A stretch of 61,991 bases of DNA, counting the filler, from Basidiobolus ranarum (taxonomy: Eukaryota), in assembly GCA_040143965.1 (NCBI GenBank). It is 26 parts of 26 records of this genome, joined end to end, with 100 filler letters (N's around TTAATTAATTAA, not from the genome) between each part and the next. Parts side by side here need not be neighbours in the genome. Positions count along the whole stretch, not along the records: positions 35,876 to 38,161 come from JASJQH010010401.1; positions 38,262 to 40,547 come from JASJQH010010402.1; positions 40,648 to 42,932 come from JASJQH010010403.1; positions 43,033 to 45,316 come from JASJQH010010404.1; positions 45,417 to 47,700 come from JASJQH010010405.1; positions 47,801 to 50,083 come from JASJQH010010406.1; 20 more parts are not named here. The stretch is one strand, 5' to 3'. The position numbers and the translations under genes are program-made. Below, piece by piece: positions 35,876 to 49,006 of this stretch. Within the stretch, counting starts at the first letter, position 1. Each line of letters begins with the position of its first letter. The notes under the pieces were generated by a model. The model had not been told where the DNA came from. It did no database searches and saw only the letters and a program-made list of their open reading frames with translations.

Positions 35876-36460
35876 TAGGGATTTCAAAGGTGACAAATTA
35901 GCATTCAAGTGGTAATTGTGTAAAATTTGAGTTATGTTTTTTGCACATGTGTTGATCCATAGTTCTCTGAGATTTTAGCCAATCATATGCAAATACTTTG
36001 CAAAATCTTTAAATTTCCCTTCTGAAACTGAAAAAATTGATTAAAATCAAATCTAACTTGACAATGTTATGACAGTAAGTAAACAGTCAATCCCAAATGG
36101 ATTAAAAATGTGATGTTTTTCCTACAATAACAATCCTCAAATTTCTGTCAGGGAATGGAGTGCACCTGTGGCAAAATGATGCTCCATGTGAAATTGTCAG
36201 TATTACCATATGCTAAACTGATTAACAATGTATCAGCAAAATCAATGATAGATGTAATGTGATGGGTTAAGGAGACTCCAGAGAATATCAATATGCCAAC
36301 AAAGGGCTCTTTTCAATGTGCTCACAGGTTTTTGCATTGTTTGAGCATAATAACAGCAACAAAGCTCAATTCATGGACACAGAGTAAGTATCTCAATATT
36401 TGGACTAATTTGCTTGTGTGACAATCTGACAGTATTTTTTAGGAAAGCTGCAAGACAGAC
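35876..36460 (+). mobile_element. CACTA-like terminus (to 36153) inserted in a transposase copy
   Basis: ...TTTCTGTCAGGG|AATGGAGTGCACC (MER motif region). Confidence 0.85.
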
Positions 36461-37879
36461 TTAAAAACTCCTGAAGAACTGAAGAAAGCTACAAACGCTA
36501 ACAAGGACTACTTTGACAAAACCCAACCCCTCCAACCTAAGCCACTATAAGTTAAAGAACTTGTCTTGGAATATGATTCCACTCTTGACAAACAATGGAG
36601 CAGGAAGTTTGACAAATTATGGAGAGGCCCACACAAAATTGTTGAAGTTGTAGGTAATGGAAGCTAATACACCACAGAACTAGATGGAACCAAGCTCAGA
36701 CTACCAGTTGGAGGGAACTGACTAAAGTTATTCAAGAATAGAGAAAACAACTCAACCTGATGAGTATGGTTTTTCACTTGCGTTCAAAATTCAGAGGGGG
36801 GTGGATGTAGTGAGGTAGCATTGCTACTCACTGGCAGGTTGCCTTATTTCCACTCCAAGATCATATGATTACTATTGCACAATATCTATTTTATTATCCA
36901 TATTTGACTTACCCATATTTTCTAGCCAATCATATTGCACCATTAATATTATCCCCTATTATTTCAGACTTAACAATATTAACCCACATTAGCCTTGTGA
37001 TTTTCTGGAAAATTCTACAATCTTCCAGAACATTCCACAAGATTCTTGGAATATTTGACAATTGCTTGAGTTTTGACCAATCAAAACTTGACTTTGCTGG
37101 AACATTCCATGACTTTCTGGATTATTCTAGAACCTTCCAGAACATTCCATGGATTACTAATCTTATGATTTATGGTGATATCATAACCCCAGATCCCCAC
37201 CAATAGAATTCTCTGGAACTTCCAAAAATTGTCATTAGAAATCATTTCTACCATCAGATAAGTATAAACAGGTGCAATATCTTTTCAAATAAAAATCATC
37301 CTGTCTTTCAACTAACAATCACTACTTGTGATCACCCTTTGTTTTCATCACTGCTTACAAGACCTTTGAGCAGGAAGCTCAAAAGAGACTACTAGAGGCA
37401 GTTACTGGCTACTGTGTGACTAGAAAGCACTTGACAGGCTCAAAGGAAGTACTGACAGGTAGGTGTTATTTTTCTGACACTATATATTTTTTTCCCTTGC
37501 TTTGTCTGCATAGGCAAGGAACTTTTCATATCCTTGGATAAATCACTACTAGTGCATACTTGTTCAAAACCCTGCTGGCTGAGTTTACAGTTGTTTTTGA
37601 TTGGATATACCCTTCTATCTGGTCATTCTCAAAGGACATTGAAGCTGGTATATTCTTTTGTCAGGTGCCGGCATATTATTCAACAGAAAGCTGGACATTG
37701 CATTGTGGTTTATCAGTCCTTAGACATTTCTAGAGGCTTGATTCCCTATCACAATGAGCCAAGAGGCAAGAGACAGACCCATATTACAGTACATCCTAGA
37801 GTTATTCAACTGTGGTTATTGCACCCTCTGAGCACCTCACAAAACCCTTAGGATATTGCAGTTAAAGTTACTGCTTACA
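36461..37879 (+). mobile_element. Gypsy integrase C-terminus, PPT and approximately 1.07-kb 3' LTR (36806-37879)
   Basis: LDKQWSRKFDKLWRGPHKIVEV..ELDGT, then AGAGGGGGGTGGA followed by TGTAGTG...GCTTACA. A related LTR start lies at about 11698. Confidence 0.8.
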
Positions 37880-38161
37880 TCCTAAAACAACCACCCCCGG
37901 TTCCAGTCATAGCGTAGATCAAACCACCTACCATAGATTGATAAGGTAACTCAGGGCTCTCAAATGACACATTTTGAGCCATATTTGGCTGATTTTCTTC
38001 ATTTTTGATGGGATTTTTGACTAGTTTCACACCTGGATATGTGGGATTCACTACTGGCTTGCAATTCTCCATCCTGTAACATCTGAGAATGTCTGAGATG
38101 CTATTTAAATTGATTCAGAGTAAAAGATTTGCTTAATATATCTGTATGGATCCACAGACCA
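37880..38161 (-). pseudogene. Copia RT fragment
   Basis: LNQFK..ILRCYRMENCKPVVNP..LPYQSMVGGLIYAMTGT. Confidence 0.85.
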
Positions 38162-38262
38162 NNNNNNNNNNNNNNNNNNNNNNNNNNNNNNNNNNNNNNN
38201 NNNNNTTAATTAATTAANNNNNNNNNNNNNNNNNNNNNNNNNNNNNNNNNNNNNNNNNNNNC

Positions 38263-38631
38263 GGTGGATGCAGTGAGTCTTCTTGCTATACTCTTACCAA
38301 AACCAAGACCAAGACAAAGCATCCTTGGTCAACCAAGAGCCATACAGAGACGGATCACTCCACTTCTACTTCTACCACTACCACCAAGAAGCACACTAAA
38401 ACGCACTCCACCGAAAGCCCAACCAAGACTCACTCTGGCTCCAAAACCCACTCTAGCTCATCAGAAACCCCTAGTGACAACGGTCGCGGATGTGTCTCTG
38501 GTAGATACAAATGTGATGGAGACGGCTTTTATCAATGTGTAAACAAGATCTGGCGTCGTCGTCCTTGCGGAGAAGGTACTAGATGCATTCCCAATGGAAA
38601 GGACAAGGTGATCTGTGATTATCCTCACTAA
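38263..38631 (+). CDS. 3' end of a secreted protein with a T/S/K/H-rich linker and C-terminal CBM19-like chitin-binding module (frame not in the ORF track)
   Basis: Open frame from the contig edge ending CVSGRYKCDGDGFYQCVNKIWRRRPCGEGTRCIPNGKDKVICDYPH*. Confidence 0.82.
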   Translation, partial: GGCSESSCYTLTKTKTKTKHPWSTKSHTETDHSTSTSTTTTKKHTKTHSTESPTKTHSGSKTHSSSSETPSDNGRGCVSGRYKCDGDGFYQCVNKIWRRRPCGEGTRCIPNGKDKVICDYPH

Positions 38632-39639
38632 AGGTAATATGTTGATAAATAGACTAGTGAGAGCCAAGCAAACGCTGATCTAGACAAGCAAAATGAATAT
38701 TATAAGCCCAGAAAATACCGCAAACATAGTGAGGCACTCTCTAGCAACATCAAGAAGACATAAAACCCCATTATTTATTCTGCCCTATAGTTACTTAATT
38801 ACCATCAATTTCCAAAGAATTCTAAATCATATCATGCCGATTGAATTGGCTTCGTTAAATATGCGCCTGTTGAAATAAGTAAAAACAATCAATAAAATAT
38901 CTATTTAAATTACCAATACTCAATTTTAATATTTATTACGCAACTGAGTTTAATGCCATTTGTTATGTAACATGTAATGTTATAATCACTCTCTTTAGGC
39001 CAAGTATTTTGCATGAATCAAAGAGTGGAGATGTCAATTTAAGGAATATTTCTCGCTATTATTAATAACAGTAACAATTTGTTGTTTATATTCCCATTAC
39101 TACCTTCAAAATCAAGAATACAGACTTTGGCATGCCAAACAGGTATGTTGGTAAAATTAGGCCGATTTTAAGCTTAAATTACAACTTCTAATTCCCGAGA
39201 TAAATCCAGAGAAATAGCAAATATAAATAGACACTTTTTGAACGTTGTCAATATCGATTGTGTTCATGAATTATTCTAAGACATAACGAAAATTCAGATT
39301 AACTTAATTCGTCAATAGGAATAAAACTGCATTAATACACACGGCATTTAAGCCACTCGTGAGCAGATCGAAAATATGTGGTTGTCAATTTCAGGATCGA
39401 AAACTATTTTTGAGCACTTCCCACTTGCAGATGGTGAAATTCTATTGATCTCTTGGATATGAAGCTTCTGTTATTGTCGATAAAAAAGTTGCCAAGTAAC
39501 TGCTTGTCCACTAAAATTAAGTCAAGATCATAGTGAATTGTGTAGCGCAAACCTAACTAATCCCCAAAGACTATGGACAAAAGTATTTAAGTAGTTTGAT
39601 GAGTGCTTATCCATTATCATCTCTACCTCTTCCATTACA

Positions 39640-40547
39640 ATGATAAACATGTTCACTAATCGCAGAGGTTACATCTATGCTGGAGCTCATTTGATTGCGC
39701 TGGCTCAACCGCTAATTGCTCAATCCTACACAGGAGTAGCTATCCTTGATACTTCGATATTTATGGCCACGACCTACACTTACACTGTAGGATATGGTTC
39801 GGATTATGAAGTATATGAGATAGCCTCAGGTTCCTATACGGCAACAGTAGCTGGTTATAGTGCTACTAATACCATACCACCTCAAACATATTCAGATATT
39901 GTTCCTCCACTTACCTTTACGGATGACTTCCGCGGAGAATCAGTTACGCAAACCTTCTCCGAAAGTACAGAATTGAGAGTACTTCCTGCGAGAACTGTTG
40001 TACAGCATATAAACCCTACTACTATAACTAGGTTTTTGCCAACTATGCTTACCAGCGTCGATCTGGCACCTCTTACGGACACAGTACTTGCAAGTGCTCC
40101 ATTTCCTACAGTCACATTGACTGGCCCTGATGACCCAAATAGGAGTACATCTTGGGAGTTAGACGTGAGTCTAGATACCCTTTCATTTAGACATACTATT
40201 AATGGCCCTACTGTTACTCACTTTGCTGGAAGTAGCTTAACTACAAGAGTCCTCTCAATACAGACCATCACCTACACTGAGAATGGGAGTATTTCAATTT
40301 CTGTTTTCCCTTTGCAAACAGTGACAAATACGGGATTACCCTACTTCACTGAAACTTTTGGTGAAACCGTGGTTACCAGAATTGTTGAACCTACAGTTGT
40401 AAGTGACATACTACCACCAGTATTTGTTACAGCTATCCCGACAATCACTATCACTGAACCAAGCACTACCGTGCTACCCTCTACTGTGATCGGCACCGTG
40501 ACACCAACTACCAACTCTGTAATCACTCAGGATTCGACATCCTTCAC
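39640..40547 (+). CDS. Thr-rich putative secreted/cell-surface (adhesin/mucin-like) protein, 3' truncated
   Basis: More than 300 uninterrupted codons, hydrophobic N-terminus ending ..PLIAQS, quasi-repeats such as T(YS/VS)DI(V/L)PP, and CpG retained. Confidence 0.75.
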
Positions 40548-40647
40548 NNNNNNNNNNNNNNNNNNNNNNNNNNNNNNNNNNNNNNNNNNNNTTAATTAAT
40601 TAANNNNNNNNNNNNNNNNNNNNNNNNNNNNNNNNNNNNNNNNNNNN

Positions 40648-42932
40648 TTAATACAATGGTGGGCTTTGATGGAGATATTGACACAAACTCATGTTGGGTA
40701 TGAGCTAAACCTTGGGTATGAAGAACTCTATAAAAATATTCAGGAGAATATATCAAAGTGACTAGGGATTTTGAAGGTGACAGATTAGCATTCAAGTGGT
40801 AATTGTGTACAATTTGAGTTATGTTTTTTGCACATGAGTTGATCCATAGTTCTCTGAGATTTTAGCCAATCATTTGCAACTATTTTGCAAGAGCTTGAAA
40901 TTCCACTCCTGAAACTGAAAAAATTGATCAAAAATCAAATCTAACTTGACAATTTTATGACAGTAAGTAAATGGTCAATCCCATATGGATTAAAATTGTG
41001 ATGGTTTTCCTACAATAACAATGCACAAATTTCTGTTTGGGAAGGTGTTAAGGAAGGTTGCAGGAACATGTGTCAAAGCTTGGGGCTTCTAACACAAGTT
41101 AGAGAAATGCATATATCTGATAACTTCTAAGTTTGTGAAAAAATCATCAGTAAACATTGATTGAGAATAATTGATAATATCTTAATGATTTATAAGATAA
41201 CTAAGTACTAAGGTATATTTGATTATTTAGGTGCTTAGGCCATGCTAATTTTGACACTCCCAAATACCTGGATTAGATTATGTTCAAACTTTTGCACCTT
41301 TAGCAAAGTTTAATTCACTTACATTGCTTTAGCAATTTCATCTGAACATCAGTGTATTATAAATCAAATGGATGTTGATATGCTTTATTGAGTGGTGAGC
41401 TTTTGGAGGAGATGTATACTGACCAGCCAGATAGATTTGTGGACCCCAAGAATCTTAAAAAATTTCAGGCTTTGGAAAACATTCTATAGCTTCAAGCAAT
41501 CACCAAGAGCTTGAAATAGCAAGTTAGATGCTATTTTGGAATCAATCAGATTCCAAACTTTAAACCAGTTTAATTATATCCTAGGTATACTTGAATTGTT
41601 TAGATGGAAGAATGCAATCCAGCATATACCACAATTTAGACAAATATTAACTTCAGCAACTATGGCCTAAATCAGACATTCTTGGATACAGAGAAGATCC
41701 AGAAATTTATGTATCAATCAGTGGTTGGTTGTTTCATATACAGCATGGTTAGAACATGGCCAGATGTAAAATTTTCTGCGGCATTTATTTGCCAATAGCT
41801 TTATGAGTATGGATCCACACAAATCATAGCAGTTAAGTGGATTTCCACTCTAGAGACAAGTCTGAACTTAACAAAAATGGTTCAAATCAAATTTGATTTG
41901 ATTTTATTGGAAGCAAAGTAATTCCTCAACAATTTATGGTGGGTAGTTTGCTGTACAGCATGGATTAACTAAATGCCCTATATTTCATACAAGTATTAAG
42001 CATATACATATCAGACTGCATTTTATTAGAGACATTATAGAGAATAAGTTCTTTAACTTAACTTATTGCTGTATTGAAGACATGATTACTGAAATACAAA
42101 CCAAACCAGGGGCTAGACAGAAATATGAGAAATTTAGACCTTTTGTAGGATTAGTTTACATAATTGAAATTAGCATTTCCTAAATACCTATATAGTCATA
42201 TATATCTTAGTATTTGATTGTTCTATATTTCACCAAGATATGACCCAGTATTCACCATTAGAATTTGTCCAAAAATCCCTCCTCATTTAAAAGTTTTCAG
42301 ATATATAGATCTTTCAACTTTGGGCTGGAAGCCCCAAAATTTCCACACATGCTCCTGGGACCTTCCTGAACACGTTCTAAATGTTGGCTTATTTACATCA
42401 AGACATAGCTATAATTGCCAACTTTTAACCCAATACATCAATAAGTAAAACTCCTAGTTTCTCAATTCTCCAAATTACTTCTTACAAGCTAATAAATACT
42501 TTAACATGTATCACAGTTTGATTGAATACAGCCTAGTACTTAGTTATTCCATAATCTGTTAAAACAGCATCCATTATTTTCCATTGGAATTTACTTGGAC
42601 TAGTTCCACAAACCTAAATATTATCCATTAAATAGAGTTTTCAAATCTGTGCTACAGGGCCTGGACTTTTCCCACTTGTTTCTGTGACCTTCCTCAACAC
42701 ATTCCAAAAGTAATTTTGCCTACAACTCAACAAAACTATATATATTGACTTTGCCTTTATCAATAAATATTCACTGATTGATGCAATTCAACTTTGATTC
42801 TCTGGAAATATTATAGTTGGTGAATATTGAGAAAAGTCCAGATTTACTAGGTGTTTCCCTTACAATATTGCAAACTTTGTTGCTTCACAAGTAGCTATAT
42901 ATCCATCAAAGTATTTTAGGTGCCTGCTGGAT
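40648..42932. mobile_element. CACTA terminus (to 41041), reverse Copia LTR piece, heavily decayed Copia RT/RNase H and further LTR copies (about 42163-42506 and 42507-42770)
   Basis: QMDVD, SFKQSPRA* and YQSVVG motifs; homology to the 349-bp LTR. Confidence 0.8.
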
Positions 42933-43032
42933 NNNNNNNNNNNNNNNNNNNNNNNNNNNNNNNNNNNNNNNNNNNNTTAATTAATTAANNNNNNNNNNNN
43001 NNNNNNNNNNNNNNNNNNNNNNNNNNNNNNNN

Positions 43033-44324
43033 AGCTAATATCAGATTAAGTATTGGTGACACGGCTGCCATTGGTAAACTTGGAGGTTCTTGTGGGCACA
43101 ATGCACTATCTTGCTGTAGATTTTGTCAAATCAATGGAGTATAGAATATCAGGCATATGTATTACTACTATCCAAATACAACACTAAACTCCATGATTCT
43201 ACTGTCTAGATCCCAGTCAGATTGCAATATGATCACTGATAACAATTCACCAAATAGTCAGTCTAACATCAAACTTGGTATTAGGCATAAGCCTAAGATT
43301 ATATTGCTAAAAGGGCTCAGTTGGAGCCAGAGCTTCCCGTTGGCCACTATGTACTTACTATTCAACAACATTCCAATAGTACTTACTCAGCTATATAGTA
43401 GAGAATTCATTATGAATGAGCTATTCAAGACAGGATCAAAGCTTGAATTGATTGGGAAAATGCTTGAAAAGGTCAAGATACCATCATATTCTACCAGGAC
43501 TCCCATCAATATCCACTCATCTAGGTGTTTATTCAATAACAGCAACAAAGCCCAATCCATGGACACAGAGTAAGTACCTCTATAATTTGGACTAATTTGT
43601 TTCTGTAATAATCCGATGGTATTTCTAGGAAAGCTGCAAGACAGACTTCTTGGTGAGATAGATGGAGATATGCAGTATTATCATTTTAGTCATGGGATAA
43701 TCTATTCAAGCAATGACACATCTATTTGTGGCAGGACATTTGTTGACTGCAAGCTGTGGATATATTGGCTGAATTCTTTATGGAAATTTGCCAAAATCTA
43801 AAAGCTTATTCTCATTGTGAATAGTAACAAGAGTCAGCTATTTGCCAAGTGTCAGTGCTATTTAATATTTCAGATGTTTTGAAATTTTTCCATCATTAGT
43901 TTGCTGGTAAAGCATATTGATGTTGTTGAGTTATGTCTGATCAGTCATGTATGTGCATATGTAGAGACTAAACACCTCAAGATTCTTGTATTTTTTGATT
44001 CTCATTATGGCTGGAATACAAAGCCTAAAATAACTGAATAAAAGCATACCTATTAATTTGAATTCCTACAGCAGTAAACCCGGTAATTTGCCATTCAAAA
44101 ATTATATTTTGCAAAAATCAGCGGAAATAAATAATGCATGCCAAATATGCAGATGAATATTTTAACATGTATGAATACCATTGTAATACTATCAAGAAAC
44201 CACCATCACACCATCAAAATCCCTGGCAGAATGCAAGACACTGATATTGTGATGGTTCTCTGACAGTTTTGTAATTTAGAGGGGTGGATCCAATCCAGAT
44301 CAAATTGATTTTATTTTATTTGGG
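43033..44324 (+). mobile_element. Internally deleted CACTA-like transposase with terminus
   Basis: IGDTAAIGKL..FPLATMYLL, then a deletion at about 43537, ending TTTTATTTGGG. Confidence 0.85.
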
Positions 44325-44345
44325 ACATCTGCAACATGAGTAACC

Positions 44346-44898
44346 TGTCATGATTCTGATCTTGGCATACTCATCTACTACAAATAGAACTCTTCTATTA
44401 TTAGATTATGATATCATATCTGCTGTGACATGCTTTCTTGGCAATCTTGTGTTAGTTCATCCAGGTTATCTTATACGGAAGTCATGTTCTTTGGAACAAT
44501 TCATGAAACCTAGCCAATCATGTCATCCCACTTATAATATATTTCCACCAAGACCTTCCGTGGAAGGTCACCTGATCATCCGTACTTCATCCCCCTTTGT
44601 ATTGGCCCTTGTAGTCCCTAACACCCTGAGACTTGAACTTGCCAAGATATATTCCCTATTCAGTGTATAATATTTCACTCTGCAATATCTATATAGGCTT
44701 CTTGTTTTCCTTGATTAGACCTCAGTCAGATCAATGCTAGTTATCAATAAAGATTCTTGCCAAAGTATCTTCCCTGTCCAGTCTTGTCTTGTTTTATCTT
44801 GTCTTGTGGTCTACACCCAAGTGCTCTCCTGCCTTCTAGCCTCTTGTCATTGTTTCCAGTCCTTGTCCAGTTCCTTATTGTGACAGTTTGATCAGACT
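44346..44898 (+). mobile_element. Gypsy 5' LTR (44346-44885) with a self-complementary primer-binding site GTTTGATCAGACT
   Basis: TGTCATGA...TTGTGACA, TATA-like box at about 44689, and a PBS complementary to the LTR-internal AGTCTGATCAA. Confidence 0.8.
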
Positions 44899-45547
44899 AC
44901 TTATACTTGCTTGTAGACTTATGCCAAGACCTTCAATGGAAGATCACTTGAACATTGTTACATCATCTGTACATCATCCCTCTTTGTGTTGGTCCTTGTA
45001 GTATCCAACACCGCAACACTTGAGCTTGCTACAGTATATTCCCTATTCAGTATATTATGCTTCACCCTGCAATATCTATATAAGCCCCATGTATTCCTTG
45101 ATCAGACTGAGGTCTGATCAATGCCAGCAAGTTTGTATTTCTTGATCAGACTGAAGTCTGATCAATGCCAGTTATCAATAAAGATTCTTGCCAAAGTATC
45201 TTCCCTGTCCAGTCTTGTCTTTGTTGAAGTTTATTGTCTTTATCATATATGTTATCCCTATCTTTATACACCTAACTATTTCATATATCACATATTAGTT
45301 AGTCAACATTATTTAGNNNNNNNNNNNNNNNNNNNNNNNNNNNNNNNNNNNNNNNNNNNNTTAATTAATTAANNNNNNNNNNNNNNNNNNNNNNNNNNNN
45401 NNNNNNNNNNNNNNNNAGAGTTAGTTTTCTGTATTTCCACCAAAACATTGAAATGCTTTATTCCTGGACAATAAACAATTATCTCAGAAAGCTATTCACA
45501 ACTCCACTTTTCTAAAGTTCCTCCAAACAGCCCATATTTTCCCAATA

Positions 45548-47301
45548 GTATTGTCACCATACAAGTACATATAAAAATATTAAAAGTGCTGGAGGAGTAT
45601 TTTCAGAAGCATGAAGGGAAAATGCAATGCAAGTACACAGAAAGTGGCTTCAAATGAGGAATTTTTAACTTGATATACAGACTGATATTGATTTTGAAGA
45701 TATCTAGGAAGAACTTAGTACTGAGTGGCACAATATTGCAGGGTAACTGCCACATAGTAGGAAGAATGTTGATTCAGCAACATTAATACAATGGTCGGCT
45801 TTGATAGAGATTTTGATATAAACTCATGTTGGATATGAGCTAAACCTTGGGTATGAAGAGCTCTATAAAAATATTAAGGAGAATATAGCACAGAAACAAG
45901 GAATTTCAAAGGTAACAAATTAGCATTCAGGTAGTAAATCTGTAAAGTCTGAGTTATGTTTTTTGCAGATGGGTTGATCTATAGTTCTCTGAGATCATAG
46001 CCAATCATATACAACTATTGTGCAAGATCTCAAAATTCACTCCTGAAACTGAAAAATTGATAAATATCAAATCTAACTTAACAATATTATGACAGCAAGT
46101 AAACAGTCAATTCAAAATGGATTAAAATTGTGATGGTTTTCCTATGATTATAAACCTCAAATCTATGTTAGTGGTCTCCAAATTTAATGATGGCAGGAGT
46201 GTTGTCAACACAATCAATGATGCTGGCGTTGTAGTGTTGTAAATATACCTATCATATCTTGCACATAATAAGCAGGAAGAATATTATCTATTGCTATCTT
46301 ATAATATTTGACAGATCAAGAAAAAGAATAGGAGTATTTGATCACTCATAGTCCCATCAACACTAAACATTTCACAGCAATTCAAGCAGCAATCAAGAAC
46401 TCCGGAATTAGAGCTTTGCAACCATGCAAGAATCATAAGATTTGATCAAATATTTGTGGTGCTACAACCATTTCAAAATTGCCAACACAAAAATTGACAC
46501 TAGCATATATTCAGAACACAAGAATTCAGGACCTCAAGATGCTCACAAAATTAGTACTTACTTTTGGACCAGCCAATGGATTCTCTTCATATTTTGCACA
46601 GAGCTGCAACAGTATTTGAAGCTGATGTGCTCTAAGTTCCAAAGCTAAAGCTGCTTTATTAGTGATCTGATTAGCACTTTGATGCTAAGATACCCATTCA
46701 TAGCATTAATTTTCAGCCACCAATTCAAAGCATTGATTCTAAGCTGTTTCTTTATATAAACAACCCTTCCCCCTATTGAAAAAGCTTCTAGCCATATCAC
46801 CATCCAAAATTGCACCATATTCTTCATCCTTTCCTTAACTAGATATTCTACCCAGTATCATAGTAAGATAATAAAGATTCCTATTTCAACTCAACTGTTC
46901 TTGACTATTGAAGATTTGAGTACATATTCTTTCAAAGTTGTCTTCACTTTTATAGCCATAGCAAATATTCCACTCTTAATCAAAGTCTTTGCCAATCTCA
47001 AAACAACTATATCTTTTTCTTCAGACTTCAAGTTAGAGAAACCACCAGAGGTTTAACTACCCTTGTAGTATTGAGGATTTTTAATAGTTTGATTATCAGA
47101 AATAATCTTTTCTCATGAAGTCTTCAAGCTAATGACATACCAAAGTGTGTCTTTATGCTTTAAAGATAGAGTAAAAAATATATCTCCTATCAATATTTTT
47201 AAGCTTCCAGTATAAAAAATTCAGCTTTGCTGGAGATTTGTAGTGGGATCAAGCTGTATTACTGAATATTTAAGTTAACACCCCTATCCCACACTACAGT
47301 G
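45548..47301 (+). mobile_element. CACTA ORF2 end (to 46173) inserted in the CACTG-ended family (46174-47301)
   Basis: Homology to 20000-20476 and 22080-22689. Confidence 0.75.
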
Positions 47302-49006
47302 TTAAAAAAAGAATCACCCATCTGAGACCCATTTGAGACTCATTGAAATTCTGCAATCAAAGGCTGCAAGAAACTATCTATACCCACAGGTGATTTATGG
47401 CCCAATATGTTGGATAGTATAAAAAAATTATGACACTTCTACTGTCTAGAAGGAGGAAGATTTGATTCAATTGAAATAAATGGCAAGCAAACTGTCACAA
47501 TAAGGAACTGGACAAGGACTGGGAACAACGACAAGAGGCTAGAAGGCAGGAGAGTACTTGGGTGTAGACCACAAGACAAGACAAGACAGGACTGGACAAG
47601 GAAGATACTTTGGCAAGAATCTTTATTGATAACTGGCGTTGATCAGACTGAGGTCTGATCAAGAAATACATGGTGCTTATATAGATATTGCAAGGTGAAA
47701 NNNNNNNNNNNNNNNNNNNNNNNNNNNNNNNNNNNNNNNNNNNNTTAATTAATTAANNNNNNNNNNNNNNNNNNNNNNNNNNNNNNNNNNNNNNNNNNNN
47801 CCACCAAAAAGTATAAATGTTTAATTTCTGGACAATAAACAATTATCTCACAAAGCTATTCACAACTCCACTTTTCTAAAGTTCCTCCAAACAGCCCATA
47901 TTTTCCCAATAAAATCTGGGGCTTCTAGCACAAGTTTGAAAAAATCTATGTATCTGAGAACTTCTAAGTTGGTAAAACTTTTTCAAGTATATTCTAATTG
48001 AGAATAATGGAAAATATCTTGGTGACTTATGAGATAACTAAGAACCAAGCAATATATGACTATATAGGTGTTTAGGCAATGCTAATTTCAACAAACTTAA
48101 CCAGTAGTGTCTTGACAAGGATGCACTTAGAGCAATTATCCAAAGGTGGAAGGTACCATTGCCTTACCAGGGAAGCTTGGGAAAGATGGTTAATAAGAGG
48201 GAAGCCAACCTTGGGGGTTTCAAGGTTGGAGAACAGGGATGGTGAGAGGTCTACAGGCAAGTGTAAGTAGTCTAATCAAGCTGTCACAATATGGAACTGG
48301 AGAAGGATTGGAAACAGCAACAAGAGGCTAGAAAGCTGGAGAGTACCTGAGTGTAGACTTCAAGCCATGACTGGACATGACTGGAGAGCAAAGAGGCTTG
48401 TATAAAAGACTTGTTCCATTTTAATGAGCCAGATCAGGCCAGCTAAAAAGTGTGCCACCACCAATTGGCACAACTGGGCACTATCTGGTATTGTCACAAT
48501 AAGGAACTGGGGAAGGACTGTAAACAACATCAAGAGGCTAGAAGGCAGGAGAGTACTTGGGTGTAGACCACAAGACAAGACTGGACAGGGAAGATACTTT
48601 GGCAAGAATCTTTATTGATAACTGGCAGACTGAGGTCTGATCAAGGAAAACATGGAGCTTATATTGATATTGCAGGGTGAAATTTGATATACTGAATAGG
48701 GAATATACTGTGCAAATTCAAGTGTTGGGATGTTGGGGACTACATGGATCAATACAAAGAGGGATGATGTAAGGATGATCAGGTGACCTTCCAGCAAAGG
48801 TCTTGGCAGATATATACTATGTGTGTGATGTCATGAGTGGCTAGGCTCATGGAACTTTCCAAAGAACATGACTTCCATGTAAGGTTATCTGCATGAACTA
48901 ACACAAGTTTGCAAGAAAGGATGGCACTGAAGATATGATGTTATAATCTAATAATAGAAGAGATTGATTTTCAGTGGATGAATATCCTGAAATTGGAATC
49001 ATGACA

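Noticed and set aside
35776-36153. CACTA terminus as the 3' end or omegaRNA of the Fanzor element
   Set aside because: It lies on a different contig across the spacer; the adjacency is only due to length sorting.
48072-48797. Short ORFs in LTR and leader sequence (also 21544, 21764, 44350, 52628)
   Set aside because: They lie within the 530-bp LTR or its leader and are not conserved as open frames between copies.
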